64,000 nt of DNA from the NCBI GenBank assembly GCA_049965515.1, contig JBMFWG010000001.1, positions 32,042 through 96,041 of the forward strand, written 5' to 3'. The notes under the pieces are model-generated. The model saw nothing but the letters and a program-made list of their open reading frames with translations, did not search any database and had not been told where the DNA came from. A program made the position numbers and the translations under genes. The DNA is from Leptospirillia bacterium. GTDB taxonomy: Bacteria > Nitrospirota > Leptospirillia > Leptospirillales > Leptospirillaceae. Positions 28,877 to 38,133 of the stretch are shown here, one piece after another. Positions within the stretch are counted from its first letter, which is position 1. Every line of letters begins with the position of its first letter.

Positions 28877-31800
28877 TCCAGCCGATCATCATTATGCTGG
28901 TCGGACTCTCCTGGGTCTCCGCCTCGCTCTTTTTCCGCCACGAGATCGATCCCCTCTATACCCAGATGCCTCTCATGGTCAGCCTCGTCATCCTGCTGGT
29001 CCTTCTTCTCCACGCCATCGTCCTTGGAGGAATCGGACGAAATCTCGGACGCCCCTACCTGTCGGGAAAAAGTAAGAAAAAATCTTCCCGGGGAATTCCT
29101 CCCCCCTCTTTTTCTTTTGTTGCCACCTGGAGCTTCATCGGGCTTTCTGCCATGCTTGCCGGCTTTGCCTTTCGCTCTGGCTCAGATTTGCTCTCCCTGT
29201 CGCTCTGGATCCTTGGTGGGGTCACGATTCTCGCCTCCCTCTGCTTCCTTCTCATTCCCTCCCAGGTCCACTCGGAGAATGGCGAAGGCGAAATCATCTT
29301 CAAGCCCAATCCGGTGCGAATGGCGCCAAAAGCCATCTATTTCTGGACCTCGGCGATTATTTATGGAGGTTTTTTTCTAATCTCCGGAGCCACAGTAAGC
29401 ACCACCTCGGGAATGGTCTCCCTCATCAGCATGGGCACAGGAGCCGGATGGCTACTCGGGGCAACAATTCTCTCCCTCGTTGCACTTTTTCGAATGGGTA
29501 TCTCCGATGAGGAACATCAGGCAACCAAGACCAATCTCCTTGTTCCTTCGGAGGATTTTAGCCAAATTGCGGGAACCCCCGAAATAAAATCGGAGATGGC
29601 CCAAATCCTCTATCAGGTCACCAATGCCCAAAAGGGTGTCGGTGCCGTTCCCAACGGCATTCTCTTGACAGGATCCTCTTCTGTTGGTCGAACGATCATG
29701 GCGCGCGCCCTGGCCGGCGAATACAAACGTCCCCTCCTGAACCTCTCTCTCGATTCCTTGCTGACCTTGGACTCCCAAGCCTTTGAAAATCATTGGAAGG
29801 GATTTCTTTTCAAGATCAAACCGTTCAATCCCCTTATCATCTATATTGAAAACTATGGGAACTGCATCCGGGGACTCCAGGGAAATCCTCAAGGTCTTCA
29901 CAATGTTCAGACGTTCCTGACCAGATTGGCAAAAAACAGGACACATCTTCTGATTGCCTCCGCCGACAAGACCGATGACCTTCCCAAGGTCTTCATCTCC
30001 CCCCCTATCATCAACTGGACCATTCCCATCCCGATGCCGGACTTCGAGATGAGAAAGACTCTTCTGGGACGATTTCTGATGGAAGAAGCCAAAAAGAACG
30101 AGCTCCTCCCGGGAAACGTTCCCCTCCTCACCGCCGAGATGGTTCAAGGCTTTGATCTGGGAAAGCTTTCAGCCCTTATGGAAGGATTCTCGGCAGAGGA
30201 CATTCGGGAGGTCGTCCTTCATAGTGCCGACTATGCCCGAAAGCTTCGCCGGGCTCTTCGCCAGCTCGACATCGACGTTTCCATCCGAAGAAAGGCGCAA
30301 AACTGGAAGGATCCCACCGCAGGCCCCATGGAAAGGGTCCGGGCCCGACTCACTGACGACACAATGGCTCCCTTCATTATCCATCGGACCAGCCAACTCT
30401 TCTCCAACCGCCAGAAGAAGTCCCATGAATCTATCCTGATCATCGGTCGTACCCGAAATATTCGCCGACAGATCGCAGAGCGCCTCTCTGAGCTGGCCAA
30501 TTACAGCTTCATGACGACGGGGGATGAGAAGCGCCTCGACGGGAATGAATTCCGAAACCTTCTTCTTCGGGCAAGAAAGCATCGCCCGTCAACGATTTTT
30601 ATTGATCCCGTCGAGGAGCTTTTTCCCAAGGTTCAGCTCTCAAACTATGGGTATCATGGAGAGCTTTACAACCAGAAGGTCATGGAAATCTCCCAGGCCA
30701 ATGAGGACAAGAACACCTGGTTGATCGGCGGAGCTGATGATATCAACAAGATCGATCCATTTATTGCCCGACGCTTTGCCTCGGTCCTGGATTTGGCCGA
30801 ACTCAGCCGATCACTTTTCTCTGAGCTAGAAGAGTTTGCCTTGGGCAAAATCCTTGAAGGAGTGGATGCAGACAAAATCAATTTCTCCGAGTTTGATCAC
30901 ACGGAGGAGCTGGCTTCCAGCGACACAGCTCCGGAAGGTGCTGCAGAGAAAGCCAATCACCTTCAGCTTCTTATGGCTGAACCTCCCGCTGAAGCCTTGC
31001 CAGGCTACCCGGGTCGACAGGATATCCAGATGGAGGTCCGTTCGATTCTTGAGGCAGGAAAATATGGCATAAAAAAAGGAGGCTCAGGGCTTCTGGGGGC
31101 CTTTCTCTTCACAGGTCCCCGGGGAACGGGAAAGCTCGAGGCAGCACGGGCAGTCGCCAATTATCTCGATCCGGAAAAGCCCGCCCTGGTCGTTCGGGAC
31201 ATGGGCCTCTATTCCAGTCGGCTCTTTGCCAGCATGCTCCTCCAGCGCCCGCTGGGATCGACCGCCCAAAGTCCCCTTCCGGTGGGAATTCAAACCGTTC
31301 TCGAGGAACGCCCCGACTCTGTACTTTTTCTCGACAACATTGAACAGGCTCATCCTTCGGCCTGGGACTTCCTGATGGAATATGTGACCGAGGGGGTCAT
31401 CTCCAATGGAAAGAAACGGCTCGCAGTTCCCAAAAGCACACTCATCCTTTCCACAAGCCTCTTCTCGGGAGACGAAGTGGAGGAATTCAAGGGAGGCAAC
31501 CGCGCAGCAATGATCCTCGAGCGACTGGCAGAAAAGAACAGTCGGTTGGCCTACCTGCCCGTTTTCGGGAGAGAACTTCTGAATACTCTCGACCTGATTG
31601 TCCCGTTCCCAAGCTACACCGATGGCGATCTTATCGATATGGCCAGAAGAACGGTTTACGAAACCATGACCTCCTATATCAAGAGCCACCCCATGAAAGG
31701 AGTCTTGGATATCGACCCGGAGGTCCCCGCCTTCATTGCCTTCCAACTTGACCCAACGGCGGTCACCTTGCCACAGCTCCAGAGAAAGGTCCAGTCCCTT

Positions 31801-31956
31801 CTTCTCCCCATACTGAAGTCTCTCGACAATGCGTCCACCACACTGACGCCCGAGAGTTCCCTCCGTATCGAAATCATGGACAATCAGATCCAGCTGACCC
31901 AAGGAGCGCCAGTCGTTACTGAAAAAGAGCCAACGGTCGTGACGGCAGGGACCTAG
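28873..31956 (+). CDS. membrane-anchored protein with degenerate FtsH-like AAA and ClpB-D2-like AAA+ modules (probable pseudo-ATPase)
   Basis: 1027-aa ORF whose ATG overlaps the uvrC stop (ATGA). About 6 N-terminal TM helices. GSSSVGRT and IIYIEN stand in place of Walker A and B, and later GPRGTGKL and VLFLDNIEQAHP resemble ClpB D2. Confidence 0.8.
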   Translation: MIQPIIIMLVGLSWVSASLFFRHEIDPLYTQMPLMVSLVILLVLLLHAIVLGGIGRNLGRPYLSGKSKKKSSRGIPPPSFSFVATWSFIGLSAMLAGFAFRSGSDLLSLSLWILGGVTILASLCFLLIPSQVHSENGEGEIIFKPNPVRMAPKAIYFWTSAIIYGGFFLISGATVSTTSGMVSLISMGTGAGWLLGATILSLVALFRMGISDEEHQATKTNLLVPSEDFSQIAGTPEIKSEMAQILYQVTNAQKGVGAVPNGILLTGSSSVGRTIMARALAGEYKRPLLNLSLDSLLTLDSQAFENHWKGFLFKIKPFNPLIIYIENYGNCIRGLQGNPQGLHNVQTFLTRLAKNRTHLLIASADKTDDLPKVFISPPIINWTIPIPMPDFEMRKTLLGRFLMEEAKKNELLPGNVPLLTAEMVQGFDLGKLSALMEGFSAEDIREVVLHSADYARKLRRALRQLDIDVSIRRKAQNWKDPTAGPMERVRARLTDDTMAPFIIHRTSQLFSNRQKKSHESILIIGRTRNIRRQIAERLSELANYSFMTTGDEKRLDGNEFRNLLLRARKHRPSTIFIDPVEELFPKVQLSNYGYHGELYNQKVMEISQANEDKNTWLIGGADDINKIDPFIARRFASVLDLAELSRSLFSELEEFALGKILEGVDADKINFSEFDHTEELASSDTAPEGAAEKANHLQLLMAEPPAEALPGYPGRQDIQMEVRSILEAGKYGIKKGGSGLLGAFLFTGPRGTGKLEAARAVANYLDPEKPALVVRDMGLYSSRLFASMLLQRPLGSTAQSPLPVGIQTVLEERPDSVLFLDNIEQAHPSAWDFLMEYVTEGVISNGKKRLAVPKSTLILSTSLFSGDEVEEFKGGNRAAMILERLAEKNSRLAYLPVFGRELLNTLDLIVPFPSYTDGDLIDMARRTVYETMTSYIKSHPMKGVLDIDPEVPAFIAFQLDPTAVTLPQLQRKVQSLLLPILKSLDNASTTLTPESSLRIEIMDNQIQLTQGAPVVTEKEPTVVTAGT

Positions 31957-32773
31957 AACCAACGAGAAGGCCCGCGAGACCTCCCAGGACAAAGGATCCT
32001 GCCAACGCAGAGATCCACTCTCCCGGAAGAAACCATTCCCCCGTGGCTCCCAGCACACACACTCCGGAAAGAACCACGGCCAGAATACGACCCCGAAAAC
32101 TGACTCCCTCCAGCAGGACCACAAAGGCTCCTGCTACGAGAAAAACCATCATTCTATTCAATAAAGTCGTCCGTAAAACAAGCCCCACTCCCACCGCCAT
32201 AAAAAGCAACGACGCACCCTCCCACAGGGGATATCGGGGCCCCTCCCGGCGAAGCCACCCAAGAGAGAAAAGTCCCAGTCCACTCCCAAGCATGGCATGA
32301 ACGACGATCGCGCTAAAGGGAATCGGGTCGACCGCAGGGCGGGCCAAAACCCCTCCTAGAAAAACACCAAAAACTGCGGACGACCAGAGAAAAAACCAGA
32401 ACCGAAAAGAACGATGGGTCCAGTGAAGGGAGAGCATGGAGATAAGGATACCCGCTGCCACGAGGAGCCCTCCCTCCATGGGAAGGGCGGATCGTGGATG
32501 AAGAAAAAAGCCCACGATCAGGACAGCGGCTCCCACCTGTGAAAAAGCCAGTCCCATCCGGAGTTGAAGAGAGAATTCAAACCAGCGGATCATCAGAAGG
32601 GGAAGGATGCCCCCCAGGATGAGAAGATGAAGAATGGCCAAGAGAGGAAACTCAAAAAGCGGGGTCGAGAGCCGGGGATGCTCGAAGAGCGCCATCACGG
32701 CAGAGAGCAGGATATTGATCAGGGAATAGATTCTGACTCCCAGCAAAAATAAAGGGGCTCCGGAGATTGTCAA
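31916..32773 (-). CDS. polytopic membrane protein, unknown
   Basis: 285 aa with about 8 hydrophobic helices. Its 3' end overlaps the convergent AAA-like gene by 41 nt. Confidence 0.6.
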   Translation of the reverse strand: MTISGAPLFLLGVRIYSLINILLSAVMALFEHPRLSTPLFEFPLLAILHLLILGGILPLLMIRWFEFSLQLRMGLAFSQVGAAVLIVGFFLHPRSALPMEGGLLVAAGILISMLSLHWTHRSFRFWFFLWSSAVFGVFLGGVLARPAVDPIPFSAIVVHAMLGSGLGLFSLGWLRREGPRYPLWEGASLLFMAVGVGLVLRTTLLNRMMVFLVAGAFVVLLEGVSFRGRILAVVLSGVCVLGATGEWFLPGEWISALAGSFVLGGLAGLLVGSRSLPSRPLALFQ

Positions 32774-32810
32774 CGCGCTCCATTCCTCATAGAATAAAAA
32801 ACTCCGACAT

Positions 32811-32894
32811 GCGAGAGTGGCGAAACGGCAGACGCACCAGACTTAGGATCTGGCGGGGCAACCCGTGGGGGTTCAAGTCCCCCCTCTCGCACCA
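32811..32894 (+). tRNA. tRNA-Leu (anticodon UAG)
   Basis: 84 nt: GCGAGAG acceptor, anticodon stem-loop CCAGA-CTTAGGA-TCTGG, long variable arm, GGTTCAAGTCC T-arm, encoded CCA. Confidence 0.9.
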
Positions 32895-32962
32895 TTTTGC
32901 CTAACCATCGTTTTTTTCCGTGACGACAACCTTTCGGCTTCTCCTCGACTCCATCCCAGGAA

Positions 32963-33862
32963 TCATTCCTGGGCCTCAGAAAATTCAATCGCCTCATGGT
33001 TTCTCATGTGCTCAACAATCACAAGCGCCATCGAGACAAAGATCAGAGTCATGCCGCTTCCCTCGAGCCATTCTGGCCTTTCCCCCAACTGGGCCCATGA
33101 GGCCAGAATTCCCACCGCCGGGGCAAGAAGAGTGCCCATGCCGGCGACCCCGGAGGGAAGGCGATGGAGGGCATAGGCCCAAAGTATCCAGGCCAGGGCA
33201 TTGCCCGGAACCGCATTATAGAGAAGTGCCAGGGAGAGGCCGGTCGTCCAGTGAATTGTCCAGGGGTCAACGAGGAGCGCCAATCCAAGGATGACAAACC
33301 CTCCCAGAGCCATTTGCCAGGCCGTTACATCAAGGATATCAAAGACGGGAGATCCGAATCGTTTTTGCCAAACAGCTGAAAGAGCCCAGAAAATACCCGA
33401 AAGAATTGCCAGAAAAAGGCCTGTTCCTCCCTTGATGTTCAATGGGTCCAGAATGAGAAGAAGGCCCACAAGAGACAGGGCCAAGGCCGGTTTTTCCAGT
33501 CCACGAATTCTCTCTCCGAGAAAGACAGAAGAAAGAAGGACAAGCCAAATTGGCATCATATAGACGAGAATAGCCGTTTTACCAGCGGCCCCATACTCCA
33601 GCGCCCAAAGGGTACACCCGACAAATCCTGCCGATTGCAGTAGCCCCAAGGGAAAAACATACGAGAATGGGGGCATCCTCAGGGGACGTCCCATGGCCCG
33701 CAGGATCACAAAGAGAACGACGGCGCCTCCCAGGACCCGGATGGCGGCAAAGAAGAATGGAGGACAGTCCACCAAAGCGCCCTTCATGACGACCCAATTG
33801 TAGCCCCAGATCAGGGAAAGGGAAAAAAGGGCAAGGGCCGGATAGAGTCTGAGATTTTTCAA
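32963..33862 (-). CDS. EamA/DMT family transporter
   Basis: 299 aa with 10 predicted TM helices in two EamA-like halves. Confidence 0.85.
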   Translation of the reverse strand: MKNLRLYPALALFSLSLIWGYNWVVMKGALVDCPPFFFAAIRVLGGAVVLFVILRAMGRPLRMPPFSYVFPLGLLQSAGFVGCTLWALEYGAAGKTAILVYMMPIWLVLLSSVFLGERIRGLEKPALALSLVGLLLILDPLNIKGGTGLFLAILSGIFWALSAVWQKRFGSPVFDILDVTAWQMALGGFVILGLALLVDPWTIHWTTGLSLALLYNAVPGNALAWILWAYALHRLPSGVAGMGTLLAPAVGILASWAQLGERPEWLEGSGMTLIFVSMALVIVEHMRNHEAIEFSEAQE

Positions 33863-33877
33863 TGAGTCTCCGGAATA

Positions 33878-34954
33878 TTAGGGAATGAAGTTTGGAAACA
33901 GACGAGAAGACGCCGGACGATGTGGCGGATGAAACAAACGCGTTTCAAGAGGAGTGAGACCCGGGAAGGCCAGCCTTCTTAAGGCCAGTTCCATCCGCTT
34001 TGAGAGGAGGTCGGCCATCACTCCTTCTCCCCGCATCCGAACCCCAAAACGGTCATCATAGATCTTGCCTCCATGGTATTCCCGGAGCCGGGAGAAAACT
34101 CCCCGTGCCTTGTCGGGGTAATGCCGTTCGAGCCATTCCGTAAAGAGGTCCCGAACCTCCAGGGGGAGTCGCAGGAGGATATACTCTGCCGAGGCCCCTC
34201 CGACTTCCCGTGACCTCGAGAGGATCGACTCAAGCTCATGGCAGGTTAACCCTGGGATCACAGGGGCGACGAGTACCCCGGTGGGGATATTCGCCGAGGA
34301 GAGACGCTGAAGGGTTTCAATTCTGCGGGGAGGGGTCGTGGCCCGGGGTTCAAGGAGGCGGGAGAGGGCCTCATCAAGGGTGGGGAGGGAGAGGTGGACA
34401 TGGACAAGGTTCCGTGCCGCCATCGAAGAGAGAATGTCCAGATCCCGTTCGATGAGAGACGATTTCGTGATGAGAACCACAGGATGATTGAATCTGTCCA
34501 GAACCTCCAGGATCCGTCGCGTCAGACCAAGGACATCCTCAGCCGGCTGATAGGCATCTGTATTGATACCCAGCGCCAACGGCTCGACGACGTAGCCCTT
34601 CTTTGAGAGTTCCCTTTCAAGAAGAGCCGGAGCGTCCTTTTTGAAAAGAATGCGTCGTTCGAAGTCCAATCCTGGGGAATATCCCACGGTGGCATGGGAA
34701 GGACGAGCAAAGCAGTAAATGCAACCATGCTCACACCCTCGATAGGGGTTGACGGATCGGGAAAATCCCACGTCGGGTGAGTCATTTTCGGTCATGATTG
34801 TCCGTGCCGACTCAGGAATAAGGCGCGTGACATTGTCGAGTTCCGGCAAAACCCCATTGTCTGGGACAAGCTCTCTCTTTTCCCGATCGAAACGATTATC
34901 GGGAAGGGAGAGAGCGCCTCTTCCCCGAAGAGGCGCTGGCGGGATTCGGCTCAT
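33878..34954 (-). CDS. radical SAM protein, PA0069/SplB-like family
   Basis: 358 aa with NPYRGCEHGCIYCFAR (CxxxCxxC) and a LITKSSLIERD-type core. Confidence 0.85.
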   Translation of the reverse strand: MSRIPPAPLRGRGALSLPDNRFDREKRELVPDNGVLPELDNVTRLIPESARTIMTENDSPDVGFSRSVNPYRGCEHGCIYCFARPSHATVGYSPGLDFERRILFKKDAPALLERELSKKGYVVEPLALGINTDAYQPAEDVLGLTRRILEVLDRFNHPVVLITKSSLIERDLDILSSMAARNLVHVHLSLPTLDEALSRLLEPRATTPPRRIETLQRLSSANIPTGVLVAPVIPGLTCHELESILSRSREVGGASAEYILLRLPLEVRDLFTEWLERHYPDKARGVFSRLREYHGGKIYDDRFGVRMRGEGVMADLLSKRMELALRRLAFPGLTPLETRLFHPPHRPASSRLFPNFIP

Positions 34955-35029
34955 CTGATCTCTTGTCTTCCGGCAAGATGGAGTCCACCCGAGACGAAAA
35001 ATTCCACCACAGAATCTCCTTCCCTTGCC

Positions 35030-36409
35030 TCACGCTTCAGGCATCTCGGGGACCCCGATCTCCCATGCCTCAAGATCAAAGGGGCGTGCCCTGACAATCC
35101 GGCAGTCAACAATCTCTCCCGGACGTCCTTGTCCTGAAAGGACAAGAACCTCTCCGTCAATCCCATCCGGGGCCATTCCTCGCGTCCGTCCCGCGAGAAC
35201 GAGGTCTGACTGCTCAGAGAGACCTTCGATGAGAATCGGTTGAACTGAGCCTTCGAGGGCCTTGTTCTTTTCCAGGGAAATCCCGGCACACAGCGCCATA
35301 AGTTCTTTTCTTCGTCGCATCCTCACCCGATGAGGAACCTGATCTGGCAAGGAATAGGAGGGAGTTCCCTCCTCTCGGGAAAAGGCAAAGACACCCACAT
35401 GGTCGAAGCGGGCCCATGCGGCGAAATCCATGAGCGACTCAAATTCACGCTCGGTTTCCCCCGGAAATCCTGTAATGAATGTGGTACGAAGTGTCACTCC
35501 AGGGATCGCCGAGCGCACTCGATCCACAAGGCGCTTCATGAATTCGACATTTCCGGGACGTTTCATGGCGGACAGGATATTGGCCTCCACATGCTGGAGG
35601 GGAATATCGAGGTAGGGAAGGACGGTCCGGGACTTTGCCATGACGGAAAGGAGGCGATCAGTCACAAGCGTCGGGTAGGCATAGAGAAGACGCACCCAGG
35701 GGATTCCCCCCTCTGCGTCGATTCGCTCCAGAAGGTCCGGCAATCCGTCAGACAGACCAAGATCTTGGCCATAGCGGGTCAGATCCTGGGCAATCAAGGT
35801 GATTTCTTGTGCTCCGAGAGATCTCAGGTCTCGAACCTCTGCCAGAATGCTCTCCGGCGTTCGACTGACCTGCCCTCCTCGGGAGAGAGGGATGGAACAG
35901 AAGGTGCAAGGGTGATCGCACCCCTCAGACACCTTCACATAGGCTCGATGGGGAGGGGTCAGACGGGCTCCCGGAAGGGGAAAGAGCGTGGGGCGAATCA
36001 AGGGGGATGCGGGAACGTTTCCTCCAACCTGGTCGAGGATCTCTCCAAGACGATGCTCCTCGAAGGTGGTCAGGGCCAGGTCGACTTCGGGAATGAGCTC
36101 CCCCATCTGATCACGATAGCGGGACACAAGGCATCCGGCCCCGACCAAATAACGGGCCTTTCCCTCCTCCTTGTATCGGGAAAGTTCAAGCAGGGTATCG
36201 ACAGACTCCCTTCGGGCATCCGTGACAAAGCTGCAGGTGTTGACCAGAAGGATCTCGGCCTCTTCGAGATCGGGAACAACCTTATATCCACGGGAGGAAA
36301 GGTCACTAATCATCCTCTCTGTGTCCGAAGAGTTTTTCGGGCACCCCAAGCTGACAATTCCCACCGTTTTGTCGTTCCAGGTGATCTTCTTTTTCATCAT
36401 TATCCACAA
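35030..36409 (-). CDS. rimO: ribosomal protein S12 methylthiotransferase
   Basis: 459 aa with a UPF0004 N-domain (VSLGCPKNSSDTE), a radical SAM motif (SEGCDHPCTFCSIP) and a C-terminal TRAM domain. Confidence 0.93.
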   Translation of the reverse strand: MWIMMKKKITWNDKTVGIVSLGCPKNSSDTERMISDLSSRGYKVVPDLEEAEILLVNTCSFVTDARRESVDTLLELSRYKEEGKARYLVGAGCLVSRYRDQMGELIPEVDLALTTFEEHRLGEILDQVGGNVPASPLIRPTLFPLPGARLTPPHRAYVKVSEGCDHPCTFCSIPLSRGGQVSRTPESILAEVRDLRSLGAQEITLIAQDLTRYGQDLGLSDGLPDLLERIDAEGGIPWVRLLYAYPTLVTDRLLSVMAKSRTVLPYLDIPLQHVEANILSAMKRPGNVEFMKRLVDRVRSAIPGVTLRTTFITGFPGETEREFESLMDFAAWARFDHVGVFAFSREEGTPSYSLPDQVPHRVRMRRRKELMALCAGISLEKNKALEGSVQPILIEGLSEQSDLVLAGRTRGMAPDGIDGEVLVLSGQGRPGEIVDCRIVRARPFDLEAWEIGVPEMPEA

Positions 36410-36509
36410 TCATGTTACAATCGACAGCAATTGGCAGAAAACAGGGTCTTCATTTCGCTCTTACACTGTCCCATCGACGACCGGATATGACAGGAGAAGA
36501 CAGAGAACA

Positions 36510-36965
36510 ATGATCAAAAATCTTATCATCGTAGCCGCCATCGCGATCACCGTCATGATTGCCTACACGATGGGAACAAAAGAAAACAACGCAAAGGTCA
36601 ATGATATGAAGTCACAGATTGACTCACTCAAAGCCCAGCTGGGAAGCCAGGGGAAAAATATTCAAGAATCCTATAATCGGCTGCATCGTTCCCTCAATCT
36701 GCATATGGCTGAAACCAGCATCGAAACCGCCATCCACGACACTCTCGATCAAAATTTTGGAGAGGCTCGGGTCGCTATCGGATCGGCCAAAAAATATCTT
36801 CAACATGCAGAGGGGAAACATATATCCTCGGAAGATCTTTCAGCCATTGTACGGAATCTCGACAGCGCCTCACACGATCTGCAAGCCCTTGACAGAAAGG
36901 CCCTCAAGACTCTGTCCGATGCAGAGAAACAGGTCCGTGACCTGATTGCAAAAAACGCTTCCTAG
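36510..36965 (+). CDS. membrane-anchored coiled-coil protein, unknown
   Basis: The internal ATG at 36510 gives 151 aa. N-terminal TM helix (MIKNLIIVAAIAITVMIAYTM) followed by a helical, charged region. Confidence 0.5.
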   Translation: MIKNLIIVAAIAITVMIAYTMGTKENNAKVNDMKSQIDSLKAQLGSQGKNIQESYNRLHRSLNLHMAETSIETAIHDTLDQNFGEARVAIGSAKKYLQHAEGKHISSEDLSAIVRNLDSASHDLQALDRKALKTLSDAEKQVRDLIAKNAS

Positions 36966-36972
36966 TCCCATT

Positions 36973-37134
36973 TTACCTTCCTGACTTGAGACGCTTGAAA
37001 AATCCCTGATAAGGAATTTCAGGGTTGTTCATCACAACAATCTGAACAAGCTCCCACCCCTCAAGCCCCAGAAAGTTTAACTGGTTCTCGATCTGCTCGC
37101 GACTGACAGGGACAACCCTGTACTCCCAGATCAT
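36973..37134 (-). CDS. DUF4177-like 53-aa protein, unannotated
   Basis: My own translation is MIWEYRVVPVSREQIENQLNFLGLEGWELVQIVVMNNPEIPYQGFFKRLKSGR. The WEY..GxEGWELV pattern is typical of DUF4177. It is below the ORF-track cutoff. Confidence 0.5.
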   Translation of the reverse strand: MIWEYRVVPVSREQIENQLNFLGLEGWELVQIVVMNNPEIPYQGFFKRLKSGR

Positions 37135-37143
37135 CGACACAGC

Positions 37144-37347
37144 CTAGCCCTCCTTGGCAGGAGCTCCGGCCGCAGGACCCGCCTGGCGTCTTTTCTTTGA
37201 AGAAGCCCGCCGAACGATTTTTTTCAGACGACGCAGCTCGGTATCAGCTTTGCGTTCCCCGGGAGCCACTTCGCTCTTTCTCTTCTGAATCATTTCTTTC
37301 GTCACAGTGAGTCGTTTTTCCAACTTTTCAGCAACGGGCTTTCCCAT
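37144..37347 (-). CDS. small highly basic protein, unknown
   Basis: 67 aa, Lys/Arg-rich (RRLKKIVRRASSKKRRQ). It ends 9 nt upstream of the DUF4177-like ORF. Confidence 0.45.
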   Translation of the reverse strand: MGKPVAEKLEKRLTVTKEMIQKRKSEVAPGERKADTELRRLKKIVRRASSKKRRQAGPAAGAPAKEG

Positions 37348-37403
37348 GTCATCCTCCTGAGCTTCTGTTTGACTGACAGTAATAGTAAATTTCTCCCAAA
37401 AAA

Positions 37404-38117
37404 CTAGCGGGCATCGGCCTCCACGACAAAGGCCTGTCCGAGCTCGCTTTTAACGCGCCTGGCAAAGCTCCGGGCTCTGTCGGGGTTCTGGAACCTTCCT
37501 ACATAAACGCGATAGACACGTCGATTCCCAACCCTGGCCTTGCGCACTTGGGCTCCCGGATAGTGCCTCAGACTCCGGGCATAGCTCATGGCCTCCTGAT
37601 ATCCCGAGAAGGAGGCCACTTGAACCACATAATGTGAAGGAGAAAGCCTTCGTCCCCCGGGAGAGCTGAGAACCGTGATCTTTACAAGACCTGTTCCGGG
37701 ACCGATAATTCCGATCCTGTTGGCCGCCTCCCAAGAAAGATCAATGATTCGCCCGGAAACAAAGGGGCCTCGATCATTCACAAGAACATCCACAGAGCGA
37801 TCATTGGCCAAGTTGGTCACACGAACTTCCGTGCCTAACGGGAGCGTTCGATGGGCAGCCGTCAGGTCATGCTTATGAAAAATGGCTCCACTGGCCGTCT
37901 TTTTTCCATAGAAGCTGGGACCATACCAAGAGGCCCTCCCTACCTCCGTCATTCCTGGGGTTGCGGACATGATGGAGGTATCCTGTGACCCAAAGTGGGA
38001 AATCGTTGCAGAGTCTCCTCCCGGAGTTCCCCAGGTGATAGGTTTTCCAATCTCCGATGCGCATGACGGAAGCAGACAGAGCATCGAAATGACTGTCATT
38101 CGTCGGAGTCGAGACAT
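37404..38117 (-). CDS. rlpA: septal ring lytic transglycosylase RlpA family lipoprotein with C-terminal SPOR domain
   Basis: The ATG at 38117 follows GGGAGGGG. Lipobox LLPS-C, a DPBB core (RASWYGPSFYGKKTASG..LPLGTEVRVTNL..VNDRGPF), and a SPOR-like tail (YVVQVASFS..YRVYVGRF). Confidence 0.85.
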   Translation of the reverse strand: MSRLRRMTVISMLCLLPSCASEIGKPITWGTPGGDSATISHFGSQDTSIMSATPGMTEVGRASWYGPSFYGKKTASGAIFHKHDLTAAHRTLPLGTEVRVTNLANDRSVDVLVNDRGPFVSGRIIDLSWEAANRIGIIGPGTGLVKITVLSSPGGRRLSPSHYVVQVASFSGYQEAMSYARSLRHYPGAQVRKARVGNRRVYRVYVGRFQNPDRARSFARRVKSELGQAFVVEADAR

Positions 38118-38133
38118 CTTTTGAATCCCCTCC

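Noticed and set aside
32770-32997. 75-aa minus-strand ORF.
   Set aside because: It overlaps tRNA-Leu and the 3' end of the EamA gene, and it has no SD.
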